DNA of 64,000 nt from an uncultured Gemmataceae bacterium (GCA_963750165.1 CAVVPN010000010.1:224001-288000); one strand, 5' to 3'. Positions 1-10,472 are shown, numbered from the stretch's first letter. Translations and numbers: made by a program. The notes: generated by a model from the sequence alone, not told the origin.

Positions 1-161
1 AGCACCTGCAAATGCTCGAGGTGGGTCGGTTCGGGACGGGACACCTTCCTGGCCATGGCAAGCTCCTGGGTTGGGAACGCTAAAGCGTATCCAAAAGCCA
101 GGTTAACTGTCCAGCCGGCTTTGCCGTCCTGGTTTTTTTCGGCACCTGAAGAGGGCACGTC

Positions 162-1313
162 ATGAGCAAAACAGGCACGGCAGTGGTGGGCACGGGGTTC
201 ATTGGCCCGGTCCACGTCGAGGCGCTGCGGCGGCTGGGCCGCGAAGTGGTCGGCGTCCTCGGCTCGACACCCGAGCGCAGCCGCCAGGCCGCCCGGCAAC
301 TGGGGCTGGCGACGGCGTACGAGCGCTACGAGGACGTGCTCGCCGACCCCGCCGTCAACGTGATCCACCTGACCTCGCCCAACCGGCTGCACTACCAGCA
401 GTGCAAGGCGGCCCTGGCTACGGGCAAGCACGTCGTCTGCGAGAAGCCGCTGGCGATGAACGCACAGGAGACGGCGGAACTGCTGGACCTGGCGGCGCGG
501 GCGCCGGTGGTGACGGCGGTGAACTACAACGTCCGCTACTATCCGTTGAACCTGGAAGCGCGGCAGCGCATCGCCGACGGCCAACTCGGGGCCGTCCACC
601 ATGTCACGGGCGCCTACGTGCAGGACTGGTTGCTGTACGAGACGGATTTCAACTGGCGCGTGCTGGCGGAGGAGGGCGGCGCCCTGCGGGCGGTCGCGGA
701 CATCGGCACGCACTGGCTGGACCTGGTGACGGCGGTGACGGGACTGCGCGTGACGCAGGTGTGCGCCGACCTGCGCACGGTGCTGCCGACACGCCAGCGG
801 CCGCGCGGTTCGGTTGAGACGTTTCAGAGCAAATTCGGCGGCGGCGGCGCGACGGAGCCGGTGGCGATCACGACGGAGGACTACGCCAGTGTGTTGCTGC
901 GCTTCGACACGGACGCGACGGGCTGTTTCACGGTGTCGCAGGTGACGGCGGGCCGCAAGAACTGCTGCCGTTATGAAATCGCCGGGGCGCGGGCGTCGTT
1001 CGCCTGGGACAGCGAACGGCCCAACGAATTGTGGATCGGCTACCGCGACCGGGCCAACGAACTGCTGCTGCGCGACCCGGCACTGCTGCACGGCAGCGTC
1101 CGCCACTTCACCAACTACCCCGGCGGCCACAACGAGGGCTTTCCCGACACGTTCAAGCAACTGTACCGGGCCGTCTATGACTACATCGATGCTGGGGACA
1201 TGACGGCGCCGCGCGACTTCCCGACGTTCGAGGACGGGCACCGCGAAGTGGAGCTGTGCGACGCCATTTTGCAGAGTTACCAGGAAAAACGCTGGGTGGA
1301 CGTGGGTTCCTGA
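162..1313 (+). CDS. Gfo/Idh/MocA family oxidoreductase
   Basis: VVGTGFIG Rossmann motif, CEKPLA motif, DIGTHWLD. Confidence 0.92.
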   Translation: MSKTGTAVVGTGFIGPVHVEALRRLGREVVGVLGSTPERSRQAARQLGLATAYERYEDVLADPAVNVIHLTSPNRLHYQQCKAALATGKHVVCEKPLAMNAQETAELLDLAARAPVVTAVNYNVRYYPLNLEARQRIADGQLGAVHHVTGAYVQDWLLYETDFNWRVLAEEGGALRAVADIGTHWLDLVTAVTGLRVTQVCADLRTVLPTRQRPRGSVETFQSKFGGGGATEPVAITTEDYASVLLRFDTDATGCFTVSQVTAGRKNCCRYEIAGARASFAWDSERPNELWIGYRDRANELLLRDPALLHGSVRHFTNYPGGHNEGFPDTFKQLYRAVYDYIDAGDMTAPRDFPTFEDGHREVELCDAILQSYQEKRWVDVGS

Positions 1314-1365
1314 AGCCGAGGACGGTCGGCACGGCCCGTCTCCCGCTGGCGCGGGTTGCCACAGC

Positions 1366-1394
1366 AAGGGAGCCAAGGGAGCCAAGGGAGCCAA
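1366..1394. repeat. Short tandem repeat (CAAGGGAGC)x3
   Basis: Three consecutive 9-mers in the intergenic region. Confidence 0.8.
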
Positions 1395-1485
1395 CTTTTT
1401 TACGTGTCGAGAATGGCACCGACTGGCGCCATGAACCGCAGCCCTTGTCCCCGAAGTGGGCCCGGACAGGATATAAAACGGGTAG

Positions 1486-1603
1486 AGCGGTTCACAGTCG
1501 CTTGGACCACGAACCGTAGGACGGCTCTCCAGAGCCGTCGGAGCGACGAGACGGCTCTGGAGAGCCGTCCTACAACTGGTGCGCAAGCCGACCGTGAACC
1601 GCT
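1486..1603. repeat. Nested REP/REPIN-like palindromes
   Basis: Inner inverted repeat GTAGGACGGCTCTCCAGAGCCGTC...GACGGCTCTGGAGAGCCGTCCTAC (1516-1573) lies inside an imperfect outer inverted repeat AGCGGTTCACAGTCGCTTG...CAAGCCGACCGTGAACCGCT. Confidence 0.85.
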
Positions 1604-1651
1604 TGAGTTCTCAAGAAGTCTCCACGTCGCTATCCAGAAAGGTGGCCCCCC

Positions 1652-3616
1652 ATGACTCCTGTGTGCCGTCGCGGTGCGCTCCTGCTGGCCTTGCTGCTGG
1701 CTCCGTCCGTCCTGCCGGCGCGAGGGGGCGACCCCAAGGGCAAGCCGGTAACCGGCACCGACGCCCTGGGCGATCCGCTGCCCCGCCAGGCGGTCCACCG
1801 CCTGGGCACGCAACGCCTTCGCCACACGGACATGGTGCTGGACGTGACCTTCTCGCCCGACGGCAAGGTGATTGCCTCGGCGAGCATGGACGGAAGCGTC
1901 CGCGTCTGGGACCGGACGACGGGGAAGGAACTGCGTCGCGCTCCGCAGTTTCATCACCTTGTGGGTGTGGTCTTTTCACCCGACGACAGCACGCTGGCCA
2001 TCGGCGACGCCCACGGCGTCTGGATGTGGGACTGGCGAGGGAAGCGCACGCCGCAGTTGTTCGCCCAGGCGGACAAGGTGAACCCCGGGTCGGATGATTC
2101 CGGCATCCTGATCGTCACCGGGATCACCTGCTCCGCCGACAGGAAACTGCTGGCGTGGGTGGACGCTGGCGGCCAGCTGTGCGTGCGCGACGTGGCCAGC
2201 AAAAAGGACGTGTTACGCTTCAAGGGACCGAAAGGGCTGCGGACCCAACTGGATGGCCGGAGTCGTGCCCTGGCCCTGTCCCCCGACGCCAAACTCCTGG
2301 CCTACCCGTTGGAAGGTCACGCCGTCCGGGTCTGGAGTGTACAGACCCGCAAGGAGGTTCTGCGCCTGGACCGTCACCGGGACACGGTGAACACGGTCGC
2401 CTTCTCGCCGGACGGCCGCGTGCTGGCCACGGGCAGCTTTGACGGGACGGTACGGCTGTGGGAGGTGGCGTCGGGCAAGGAGCGGTTGGTCCTGGACGAC
2501 CTCGGCTGGTGTTCCAGGGTGGTTTTCTCCGCGGACGGCCGGATGCTCGCCACGGGAGACCACGACGGGGTGATTTGCCTCTGGGCACTGCCCGAAGGCA
2601 AACTGCTGCGGAAACTCCAGGGTCCGGGCAACGCCGTCCTGAGCGTGGCGCTATCCCCGGACGGCAAGACGCTGGCGGCGGTCGGCGAGGACGAGGCCGT
2701 GCGTCGCTGGGACGTGGCCACCGGCCAGGAACTCAACCTGGGGGACGGCCACCGCGCCCGCATCGAGGTGGTGGCGTACCGGCCGGACGGCAAGGCCCTG
2801 CTCACCGCCAGCCGCGACCGGACAGTGCGCTGCTGGGACGGCGCCACCGGCAAGCTCCTGTACCACGTTCCGGCGTTCGACCAGTGGCGGCTGGACCTGG
2901 TCCTGTCGCCGGACGGCAAGCAGTTCGCCACCGCGGGCAACGGCGCGCCCTTGCGGCTGTGGGACGCGGCCACAGGCAAACCTGTCGCCACGTTTGACCG
3001 GTGGAAAGGGGCCAAGTCCCTCGCCTTCTGCCAGGGCGGCAAGGTGCTGGCCTTCACCCGAGACGAGAAGCGGGCGCGGCTGCTGGAACTGACGACCGGC
3101 AAAGAACTGCCGTCCCTGGAAACCTCCAAGTGGGTGTGGTTCGTCCGCAACTCCCCCGACGGGAAGCGGCTGGCCCTCGTGTGCGACGGTCGAATCGAAG
3201 TCTGGGATTTGGAGGCGTGCAAGCGCCTGTGGGCACACGACGTGGATTCCAGTGAACATTGCGTGGCCTTCAGCCCGGACGGCAAACGGCTGGCCGCCGG
3301 CAACAGTGGGGACCGCGACGGCATCCTGATCGAATACGACGCCGCCACGGGAAAGCCCCTGGCCAACTACCGGGCGGAAAATTCCCGCCCGGCCAATTGC
3401 GTCTCCTACGTGAGCGACCGGTATCTGGCGTGTGGCCGGGACGACGGCCGTATTCAGCTCTGGGAAGTCGGCGCGAAGAGGCCGCCCCTGCTCTTCGAGG
3501 GCAACAACGGGCCGGTGCTGGCGTTGGCCGGCGCTGCGGACGGCCGGACGTTCCTGTCCGGACACGCCGACTCCACGGCGCTGCTGTGGGCGAACCCGCA
3601 TATTAAGGGACGTTGA
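1652..3616 (+). CDS. Secreted WD40 repeat protein
   Basis: Signal peptide, DALGDPLP...RLGT motif, many FSPDG...VRLWD repeats. Confidence 0.92.
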   Translation: MTPVCRRGALLLALLLAPSVLPARGGDPKGKPVTGTDALGDPLPRQAVHRLGTQRLRHTDMVLDVTFSPDGKVIASASMDGSVRVWDRTTGKELRRAPQFHHLVGVVFSPDDSTLAIGDAHGVWMWDWRGKRTPQLFAQADKVNPGSDDSGILIVTGITCSADRKLLAWVDAGGQLCVRDVASKKDVLRFKGPKGLRTQLDGRSRALALSPDAKLLAYPLEGHAVRVWSVQTRKEVLRLDRHRDTVNTVAFSPDGRVLATGSFDGTVRLWEVASGKERLVLDDLGWCSRVVFSADGRMLATGDHDGVICLWALPEGKLLRKLQGPGNAVLSVALSPDGKTLAAVGEDEAVRRWDVATGQELNLGDGHRARIEVVAYRPDGKALLTASRDRTVRCWDGATGKLLYHVPAFDQWRLDLVLSPDGKQFATAGNGAPLRLWDAATGKPVATFDRWKGAKSLAFCQGGKVLAFTRDEKRARLLELTTGKELPSLETSKWVWFVRNSPDGKRLALVCDGRIEVWDLEACKRLWAHDVDSSEHCVAFSPDGKRLAAGNSGDRDGILIEYDAATGKPLANYRAENSRPANCVSYVSDRYLACGRDDGRIQLWEVGAKRPPLLFEGNNGPVLALAGAADGRTFLSGHADSTALLWANPHIKGR

Positions 3617-3700
3617 CGGTTGTCTTGGTTCGTAGTTCCGCCTTCAGGCGGGTTCGAGCGAAGACCGGCCCCTTTCGTCACTGCCCCCAAGCAGCCGGAC

Positions 3701-3805
3701 GGGGTTGTGCTGCGCTTTTTGGAGTGCGGCGATTCATCGCCGCTTTTCCGCGCGACCAAAAAGCGGCGATAAATCGCCGCACTCCAAAAAGCGCAGCACA
3801 ACCCC
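3701..3805. repeat. REPIN-like long inverted repeat (GGAG type), possible bidirectional terminator
   Basis: GGGGTTGTGCTGCGCTTTTTGGAGTGCGGCGATTCATCGCCGCTTTT ... AAAAGCGGCGATAAATCGCCGCACTCCAAAAAGCGCAGCACAACCCC between convergent genes. Confidence 0.85.
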
Positions 3806-3820
3806 TCCCTATCCTTAGCG

Positions 3821-4705
3821 TCACCGCCGACCGACGGCGCGCAGCGCCTCCAGAAACTGCTGCACCAGCGGCCCGTGATAGCGGCGCCGCGGCCAGACCA
3901 TCGCCAGCGTCCGCGTCGGCCGCGTGCCGGCCAGCGAGCGGTACGTGCAGCGCTTGCCGCTGTCGGCGGCGCAGGCCATTGCCGGCACCAGCGACACGCC
4001 ACGGCCCACCGCCACCAGTTCCTGCACCGTCAACAGCTGAGCACCGCGGCAGCGCACCGGCAGCGGACAGCCCGGGCGCTCGCAAAAACGGATGATTTGT
4101 TTGCCCAGGCAGTGCATCTCGTCGAGCACCACGAACGGCTCGGCGCTGAGGTCTTCCAGCGTGATCTGCCGCTTGCGGCTCAGCCGATGTTTCGGCGGCA
4201 GGGCGAGCAACAGTTCCTCGCTGAACAGCGGCTCCACTTCCAACCGCTTCTCGGTCACGGGCAGCGCGACCACGCCGACGTCCAGCTCGCCCTCCAGGCA
4301 GCCGCGCAGGGTGTGCTCGGTCAGGTGTTCGACCAGCGCGATCTCCGCCCGGGGGTGCGCCAGGGCGAACTGATGCAGCAGCGGCGGCAGCAGGTACGGC
4401 GCCACGGTGGGGATGGCCCCGATGGTGACGGTGCCCTGTTCTGGGTCGGTGGCCGCTTCGATGAGCGACTTGACCTCCTCGACCGCGCCCAGGATGGCCT
4501 CGGCCGTGGGTAGCAGCGCCCGGCCGGCGGCGGTGAGGCGCACGTCGCGGCGGCGGCGTTGGAACAGCGGTTGACCCAGCTCGCGCTCCAGCTTGATGAT
4601 TTGCTGGCTCAGCGACGGTTGCGAGATGTAGCACTGCTGGGCGGCCCGCGTGAAGTTCCGCAGTTCGGCCACGGCGAGAAAGTAGCGCAGTTGATGGATC
4701 TCCAT
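3821..4705 (-). CDS. oxyR: LysR family regulator, OxyR-like
   Basis: LysR HTH (NFTRAAQQCYISQPSLSQQI); GAIPTVAPYLLP; HCLGKQIIRFC has the C-x8-C spacing of OxyR C199/C208. Confidence 0.75.
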   Translation of the reverse strand: MEIHQLRYFLAVAELRNFTRAAQQCYISQPSLSQQIIKLERELGQPLFQRRRRDVRLTAAGRALLPTAEAILGAVEEVKSLIEAATDPEQGTVTIGAIPTVAPYLLPPLLHQFALAHPRAEIALVEHLTEHTLRGCLEGELDVGVVALPVTEKRLEVEPLFSEELLLALPPKHRLSRKRQITLEDLSAEPFVVLDEMHCLGKQIIRFCERPGCPLPVRCRGAQLLTVQELVAVGRGVSLVPAMACAADSGKRCTYRSLAGTRPTRTLAMVWPRRRYHGPLVQQFLEALRAVGRR

Positions 4706-4725
4706 GCGCGGCGCCTCTCATTTGC

Positions 4726-4740
4726 ATAGGGAGAATTTAT
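4726..4740. promoter_or_regulatory. Candidate OxyR/LysR site ATAG-N7-TTAT
   Basis: 7/8 match to ATAG-N7-CTAT in the divergent intergenic region. Confidence 0.45.
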
Positions 4741-4852
4741 TGTACAAGCCGTCGCGGCCACGGCAGGATACACAACATTCGCGGCGCCCGCAGGCCGACA
4801 CGTCGTCGTTCCGCGACCGGCGCCGCTGCCAGAAGTACGGGAGGGTTTCGTC

Positions 4853-6270
4853 ATGAGACGCTGTGCATGCCTGGCCGGCCTCGCCATCCTGGCGACGCTG
4901 GCGGCCGCTGTCGCCCTCACACTGTCGCGGCCCGGGGAACGGGTCGCCGCCCAGAACCCGGCCGCGCCGGCCAAGGAGCCGGCGCCCAGCAGGAGAAGCC
5001 GTTTGCCACGATTGTGCAGGAGAAGTCCGCCGAGAAGCCCATGCTCCAGGCACGCCAGCAGGCGCTGCTCAAGGAGCGCTACGACCTGGCCGACAAGCCC
5101 CTCAAGGGCGTGATGATGTCGGCCAAGCGCAAGCCGGTGCAGGGCGGCGTCCGCGTCAGGCTGCCCCAGGGGGTCACCTGGGAGGAGCTGGCCAGGATGA
5201 CGCCCGCGGATATCAAGGCAAAAGGACTGTGGCCGAAGGGCTTCCTGCCGCTGCCGCACCCCAATCAGCCCGAGGGCGGTATGCTGTTCCCGAAGCTGCA
5301 AATCGACGAGATCAAGAAGCAGGAAGGCCGCGACCTGTCCCGCTACGACCTGGACTTCGACCTGCCCGACCACTTCCTGCCGGAGTTCCCGCCGCCCATC
5401 TTCCTGACCACGCGCCTCGACCTGGGCGACGTGTCGAAGGGCAACCTGGTGACCATCGCCAACTACTACGACCTGTTCAAGGACATCATGAATCCGAAAC
5501 AGCTGGAAGGGATGCGGCTGCTGTTGACGCCGTTCCCGCAGCAGCAGTTCAACGCCACCGATGGGCGACGGTCGCTCAAGCCGAGCCTGGGCGTGACCTG
5601 CTTCGACTGCCACGTCAACGGCCACACCAACGCGGCAACGCACCTGGTCGGCGACATTCGGCCGCAGGCGTTCCGCCACCGTATTGATGTGCCGTCGCTG
5701 CGCGGCGCCAACATCGCGAAGCTGTTCGGCTCGCAGCGGGCGCTGCGCTCGGTGGAGGACTTCACCGAGTTCGAGCAGCGCGCCGCCTACTTCGACGGCG
5801 AGATCGACAAGGCGGTCAAAAAGGGCATCAACGTGCTGGACCGCGGCGGTCAGGTCCACGCGATGGCGGAGGTGCAGGAACTGTTCGACTTCCCGCCGGC
5901 GCCGAAACTGGACGTGTTCGGCCGCCTGAACAAGAAGGCGACCAAGCAGGAACTGCGCGGCGAGCAGCTGTTCCACGGCAAGGCCAAATGTGCCGAGTGC
6001 CATCCGGCGCCGTTCTACACCGACGGCCTGATGCACAACCTGAAAACGGAGCGTTTCTTCAAGAAGCAGATGATCAACGGCCGCATGGCCGCGGTGGACG
6101 GGCCGATCAAGACGTTCGCGCTGCGCGGCATCAAGGATTCGCCGCCGTACCTGCACGACGGCCGGCTGCTGACGCTGGAGGACACCGTTGAGTTCTTCAA
6201 CCTGGTGCTGGAACGCAACCTGACCGCGGAGGAGAAGGCGGACCTGGTGGCGTTCCTGCGCTGCCTGTGA
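4853..6270 (+). CDS. Secreted di-heme cytochrome c (bCcP/MauG superfamily), -1 frameshift near 4985-4987
   Basis: Signal peptide in the frame starting at 4853; body in the other frame with CFDCH, CAECH and PPYLHDGRLLTLED; one extra C joins them (PAPQQEKPF). Confidence 0.8.
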
Positions 6271-6301
6271 CGCGCGGACTGGCGCTTGCGGTGTGAGCGA
6301 A

Positions 6302-6358
6302 CGTGGGATAGGCTGGCAGCTTGTTGTGGAGGATGACAGGTTGCCGGCCTGTCCCACG
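6302..6358. repeat. REP-like imperfect inverted repeat (GTGG type)
   Basis: CGTGGGATAGGCTGGCAGCTTGT...ACAGGTTGCCGGCCTGTCCCACG. Confidence 0.65.
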
Positions 6359-6384
6359 ACTGTTAGCGGGCGTGGCGTTTGGGG

Positions 6385-6444
6385 GTAGCGGAAGTCGCCA
6401 GACTTCCGTGCGGCGCTGCTCGGAAGTCTGGCGACTTCCGCTAC
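6385..6444. repeat. REPIN (GTAG type), copy 1
   Basis: GTAGCGGAAGTCGCCAGACTTCCG ... CGGAAGTCTGGCGACTTCCGCTAC; same arms at 28259-28315. Confidence 0.9.
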
Positions 6445-6502
6445 AGAAGAAAAGACCCGCAGATTCGCAGGCTTCCTGTTTTTCAACTGAGGAGACACCA
6501 AC

Positions 6503-8368
6503 ATGGCCGTACACGAACGGTCGAGTAAAATCCGCTGGCTCTTGCTAACGCTGGGGCTGCTGGCGCTGGCAGTCGCGCAGGCATCGGCGCAGGCACCAGC
6601 GCAGGAGGACCCGAGCGTCGCGCGGATGCGCAAGGACATTTTCTTCCTGGCCTCCGACGAACTGGAGGGCCGCGACTCCGGTACGCCGGGCAACAACAAG
6701 GCGGCGGAGCACATCGCCGCGGTGTTCAAGAAGGCGGGCCTGAAGCCCGGCGGCACCGATGGTTACTTCCAACCGTTCGCCTTCGGACGCCTCAGCCCCA
6801 AACTGGAGGGCGGCACCCTGACGCTGAAGGGGCCGCAGGGTCAGGTCGTCGAGCTGGCCGCGGGTAAGGACTTCACGGTAATGGGTAGCTCGGCCGCCGG
6901 CAAGCTGACCAACGCGCCGCTCGTGTTCGCCGGTTTCGGCATCAGCGGACCCGCGGCCAAATACGACGACTACAAGGACCTCGACGTGAAGGGCAAGGTC
7001 GTCATCGTCCTGCGCCGCACGCCGCGCTACCACGACGAACCGCCGCCGCAGTTCACCACGGCCCAGGCCAGCCTGGAAAACAAGTGGGCCCAGGCCCAGG
7101 CTCAGAAGGCCGCCGCGGTGCTGCTGATCAATGACGCGACCGAGAAGGGTGACACGCTCAGCGCGTTCGCCAAGCAGACGGGGCTGCGTGCCGCCACGGT
7201 GCCGGCGCTGCACGTTCGCCGGGCAGTGATCGACCACGTGCTGCAGTCCGGCCTGGGCATCGGCCTGAAGGAACTGGAGCAGGACATCAACCGCGACCTG
7301 AAGCCGCGCAGCGGCGCCGTCAAGGGCTGGACCGTCAGCGTGGAAACCAGGGTGAACCGGTCCGTCCCCACGACCAAAAACGTGATCGGCGTGCTCGAAG
7401 GTAGGGGGCCGTTGGCCAACGAGACGGTGGTGGTCGGCGCCCACTTCGACCACGTGGGCCGTGGGAACTTCGGCAGCCGGGGGTCAGGGGGCCAGGGCAA
7501 GATCCACTACGGGGCCGACGACAACGGTTCGGGCACCACCTCGGTCCTGGAACTGGCCCGCCGCTTCGGTGCCATGAGAGACCGCGAAGGCCGGCGGCTG
7601 GTGTTCATGTGCTTCAGCGGTGAGGAGCGCGGTCTGCTCGGCTCGCTTCACTACTGCCGGGAGCCGGTGTTCCCGCTCAAGGACACGGTGTTCATGCTCA
7701 ACCTGGACATGGTCGGCCGGCTGCACTTCGACAAGACCGTCAAGAAAGATGTGCTGGAGTGCGAGGGCATCAAGACCGGCGCGAACTTCGACACGCTGGC
7801 CACCAAGTTCAACGCGAAATACGGCTTCGACCTGTACCTGAAGCCGGGCAACATCCCGTACAGCGATCACTACTCGTTCTACCAAAAGCAGGTGCCGGTG
7901 CTGTTCTTCTGCACCGGCTTCCACCTGGACTACCATCGCCCCAGCGACACGGCGAACCGAATCAACGTCGTCGGCATGAAGAAGATCGTGGACCTGTCCC
8001 AGGACGTGCTGACCTACTTCGCCACGACGCCGGAGCGGCCGACGTGGACCCGGCTGGAGCCGTACTACAAGGCCACGTCGCCGACGCTGGGTGTCAAGTC
8101 GAGCCTGTTCGCCAACGCCGATGGCAACGGCGTAAACGTCACGGCGGTGCGGCCCGGCAGCCCGGCCGAGAAGGCGGGGCTCAAACGGGGGGACCGGATC
8201 ATCCTGTTGAACAAGCGCGAGATTCGCACCGAGGACAGTTACGAGCGTGTGATGCAGTCGCTCCAGGCCGGTCGAACCTATGACTGCGTCGTGGTCCGCA
8301 AGGATGACAAGGGCAAGGAACAGCAACTGACGCTCAAGGTGACGCCGGAGTCGGGGGCGTGGAAATAG
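6503..8368 (+). CDS. M28 family peptidase with PA and PDZ domains (paralog 1)
   Basis: Signal peptide; GAHFDH, GADDNGSG, FSGEERGLLGS, NLDMVGR, SDH, DYHRPSD; C-terminal PDZ (PGSPAEKAGLKRGD). Confidence 0.92.
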   Translation: MAVHERSSKIRWLLLTLGLLALAVAQASAQAPAQEDPSVARMRKDIFFLASDELEGRDSGTPGNNKAAEHIAAVFKKAGLKPGGTDGYFQPFAFGRLSPKLEGGTLTLKGPQGQVVELAAGKDFTVMGSSAAGKLTNAPLVFAGFGISGPAAKYDDYKDLDVKGKVVIVLRRTPRYHDEPPPQFTTAQASLENKWAQAQAQKAAAVLLINDATEKGDTLSAFAKQTGLRAATVPALHVRRAVIDHVLQSGLGIGLKELEQDINRDLKPRSGAVKGWTVSVETRVNRSVPTTKNVIGVLEGRGPLANETVVVGAHFDHVGRGNFGSRGSGGQGKIHYGADDNGSGTTSVLELARRFGAMRDREGRRLVFMCFSGEERGLLGSLHYCREPVFPLKDTVFMLNLDMVGRLHFDKTVKKDVLECEGIKTGANFDTLATKFNAKYGFDLYLKPGNIPYSDHYSFYQKQVPVLFFCTGFHLDYHRPSDTANRINVVGMKKIVDLSQDVLTYFATTPERPTWTRLEPYYKATSPTLGVKSSLFANADGNGVNVTAVRPGSPAEKAGLKRGDRIILLNKREIRTEDSYERVMQSLQAGRTYDCVVVRKDDKGKEQQLTLKVTPESGAWK

Positions 8369-8390
8369 ACCGTCTGCGTTCTGCTCGCTT

Positions 8391-8420
8391 CGTGGGGCAG
8401 GCTGGAAAGCCTGCCCCACG
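8391..8420. repeat. REP-like hairpin (GTGG type)
   Basis: CGTGGGGCAGGCT-GGAA-AGCCTGCCCCACG. Confidence 0.75.
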
Positions 8421-8498
8421 TGCAGCGGCAGAACCCCGGGCCCTGCTATAATCATCCTCATGTTGATCCTTCCAGGTTTTTCATGAGGAGACACCGAC

Positions 8499-10340
8499 AT
8501 GGCCGTGTGCGAACGGTCGAGCAAATACCGCGGGCTGCTGCTGACGCTGGGGCTGCTGGTGCTGGCGGTCGCGCAGGCGCCGGCGCAGGCGCAGGACGCC
8601 AGCGTCGCGCGGATGCGCAAGGACATTTTCTTCCTGGCTTCCGACGAGTGCGAGGGCCGCGGCATCGAGACGCAGGGCATCAACAAGGCGGCGGCCTACA
8701 TCGCGGCGCAGTTCAAGCAGGCGGGCCTCAAGCCGGGCGGCACCAACGGTTACGAGCAGCCCTTCCCCATTCGCGTCGGCCAGGCGAAGGTGGACGGCCC
8801 GGCCACGCTGACGCTGAAGGGGCCGCAGGGCCAGGTCATCGTGCTGTCATCCGGCAAGGATTTTAGCGTCATGGGCCTGTCCGGCTCCGGCAAGGTGACG
8901 GCCGCCCCGCTGGTGTTCGCCGGCCACGGCGTCACGGTGCCGGCCATCAAGTACGACGACTACGCGGGCCTCGACGTGGCCGGCAAGGTCGTCCTGGTGA
9001 TCCGCCGGGTGCCGCGCTGGAGCAACACGCAGAACCCGTTCGCCGGCGACCGCGACGCCCACGCCGGCCTGGAACGCAAGATCGCCACGGCGGTCAGCCA
9101 CAAGGCCGCCGCGGTGCTGCTGGTCAACGATCCCAGCGAGAAAGGCGATTTCCTGAGCGTGTTCGCCGATCAGGCGGAGTTGCGCGGCACCACAGTGCCG
9201 GCACTGCACGTCCGCCGGGCGGTCATCGACCCCCTACTGCAATCCGGGCTGGGCACCGGCCTGAAAGAACTGGAGCGCGACATCGACCGCGACCTGAAGC
9301 CGCGCAGCGGCGCCGTCAAGGGCTGGACCGTCAGCCTGGAAGTGAAGGTCAAGGCCAGGGTCATCACGGCGAAAAACATCATCGGCGTGCTCGAAGGCAA
9401 GGGGCCGCTGGCCAACGAGACGGTCGTGGTCGGCGCCCACTACGATCACCTGGGCCGCGGCGAATACGGCAGCCTGGCCAAACCGGAGGACCGCAAGCAG
9501 ATCCACCACGGGGCCGACGACAACGCCTCCGGCAGCACGGCGGTGATGGAGCTGGCCCGCCGCTTCGGCGCCATGAAGAACCGCCAGGGGCGGCGGCTGG
9601 TGTTCATGAGCTTCAGCGGCGAGGAGCGCGGCCTGCTCGGCTCAGCGTTCTACTGCAACAAGCAGCCGCTGCTGCCGCTCAAGGACACGGTGCTCATGCT
9701 CAACCTGGACATGGTCGGCCGGCTCCAGGACAACAAACTGCTCTGCGAGGGCGTCAAGACCGGCACCGGCTTCGAGGCGCTGGTGGACAAATTCAACGAG
9801 AAGTACAGGTTCGCGGTCAGCAAGCGGCCGGGCGGGTCCGATTACAGCGATCACGCTTCGTTCTACCGTCAGGGCGTGCCGGTCCTCTTTTACTGGACGA
9901 ACACGCATCCGGACTACCACCGCCCCAGCGACACGGCGGACAAGATCAACCTGGCCGGCATGAAGAAGATCGTGGACCTGTCGCAGGACGTATTGACGTA
10001 CTTCGCCACCACGCCGGAGCGGCCGAAGTACCAGAAAGTGGCGGCCGACACCACGACGACGCCGCGTGTCAAGGGGCCGACGCTCGGCATCGCGCCGGAC
10101 TACAACGACAAGAAGGACGGCCTGCTGATCGCCAGCGTGTCGCCGGGCCGGCCGGCGGAGAAGGCGGGCCTCAAGTCCGGTGACAAGATTGTGTCACTGG
10201 CCAACCGTGAGGTGCGCGACATCCAGACGTACATGGCGGTGATGGCCACCGTCCAGGCCGGCCAGCCGATTGAGGTGGTGGTGCTGCGCCAGGGCAAGCG
10301 CGTCACGCTCAAGGTGACGCCGGACGGGCCCAAGAAGTAA
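8499..10340 (+). CDS. M28 family peptidase with PA and PDZ domains (paralog 2)
   Basis: Same motifs as 6503-8368 (GAHYDH, GADDNASG, NLDMVGR, PDZ); tandem paralog. Confidence 0.92.
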   Translation: MAVCERSSKYRGLLLTLGLLVLAVAQAPAQAQDASVARMRKDIFFLASDECEGRGIETQGINKAAAYIAAQFKQAGLKPGGTNGYEQPFPIRVGQAKVDGPATLTLKGPQGQVIVLSSGKDFSVMGLSGSGKVTAAPLVFAGHGVTVPAIKYDDYAGLDVAGKVVLVIRRVPRWSNTQNPFAGDRDAHAGLERKIATAVSHKAAAVLLVNDPSEKGDFLSVFADQAELRGTTVPALHVRRAVIDPLLQSGLGTGLKELERDIDRDLKPRSGAVKGWTVSLEVKVKARVITAKNIIGVLEGKGPLANETVVVGAHYDHLGRGEYGSLAKPEDRKQIHHGADDNASGSTAVMELARRFGAMKNRQGRRLVFMSFSGEERGLLGSAFYCNKQPLLPLKDTVLMLNLDMVGRLQDNKLLCEGVKTGTGFEALVDKFNEKYRFAVSKRPGGSDYSDHASFYRQGVPVLFYWTNTHPDYHRPSDTADKINLAGMKKIVDLSQDVLTYFATTPERPKYQKVAADTTTTPRVKGPTLGIAPDYNDKKDGLLIASVSPGRPAEKAGLKSGDKIVSLANREVRDIQTYMAVMATVQAGQPIEVVVLRQGKRVTLKVTPDGPKK

Positions 10341-10393
10341 AGCGAAAAGACGAAACCCACGAAAAAAGACCGAAAGAATAAGGAGACAAGAAA

Positions 10394-10444
10394 GAACACC
10401 AACCCGGTTTAGCCGCGACGCGCGGCTAAACCGGGTTGGTGTTC
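10394..10444. terminator. Perfect 24-bp-stem hairpin between convergent genes
   Basis: GAACACCAACCCGGTTTAGCCGCG-ACG-CGCGGCTAAACCGGGTTGGTGTTC. Confidence 0.6.
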
Positions 10445-10472
10445 GGCGACTCCTTACTTCGGATGGCCGGCG

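Noticed and set aside
4609..6756. Long antisense ORFs (also 10886-12844, 15660-17942, 28537-30234, 47852-49924)
   Set aside because: Shadow frames of real genes in high-GC DNA, with no motifs of their own.
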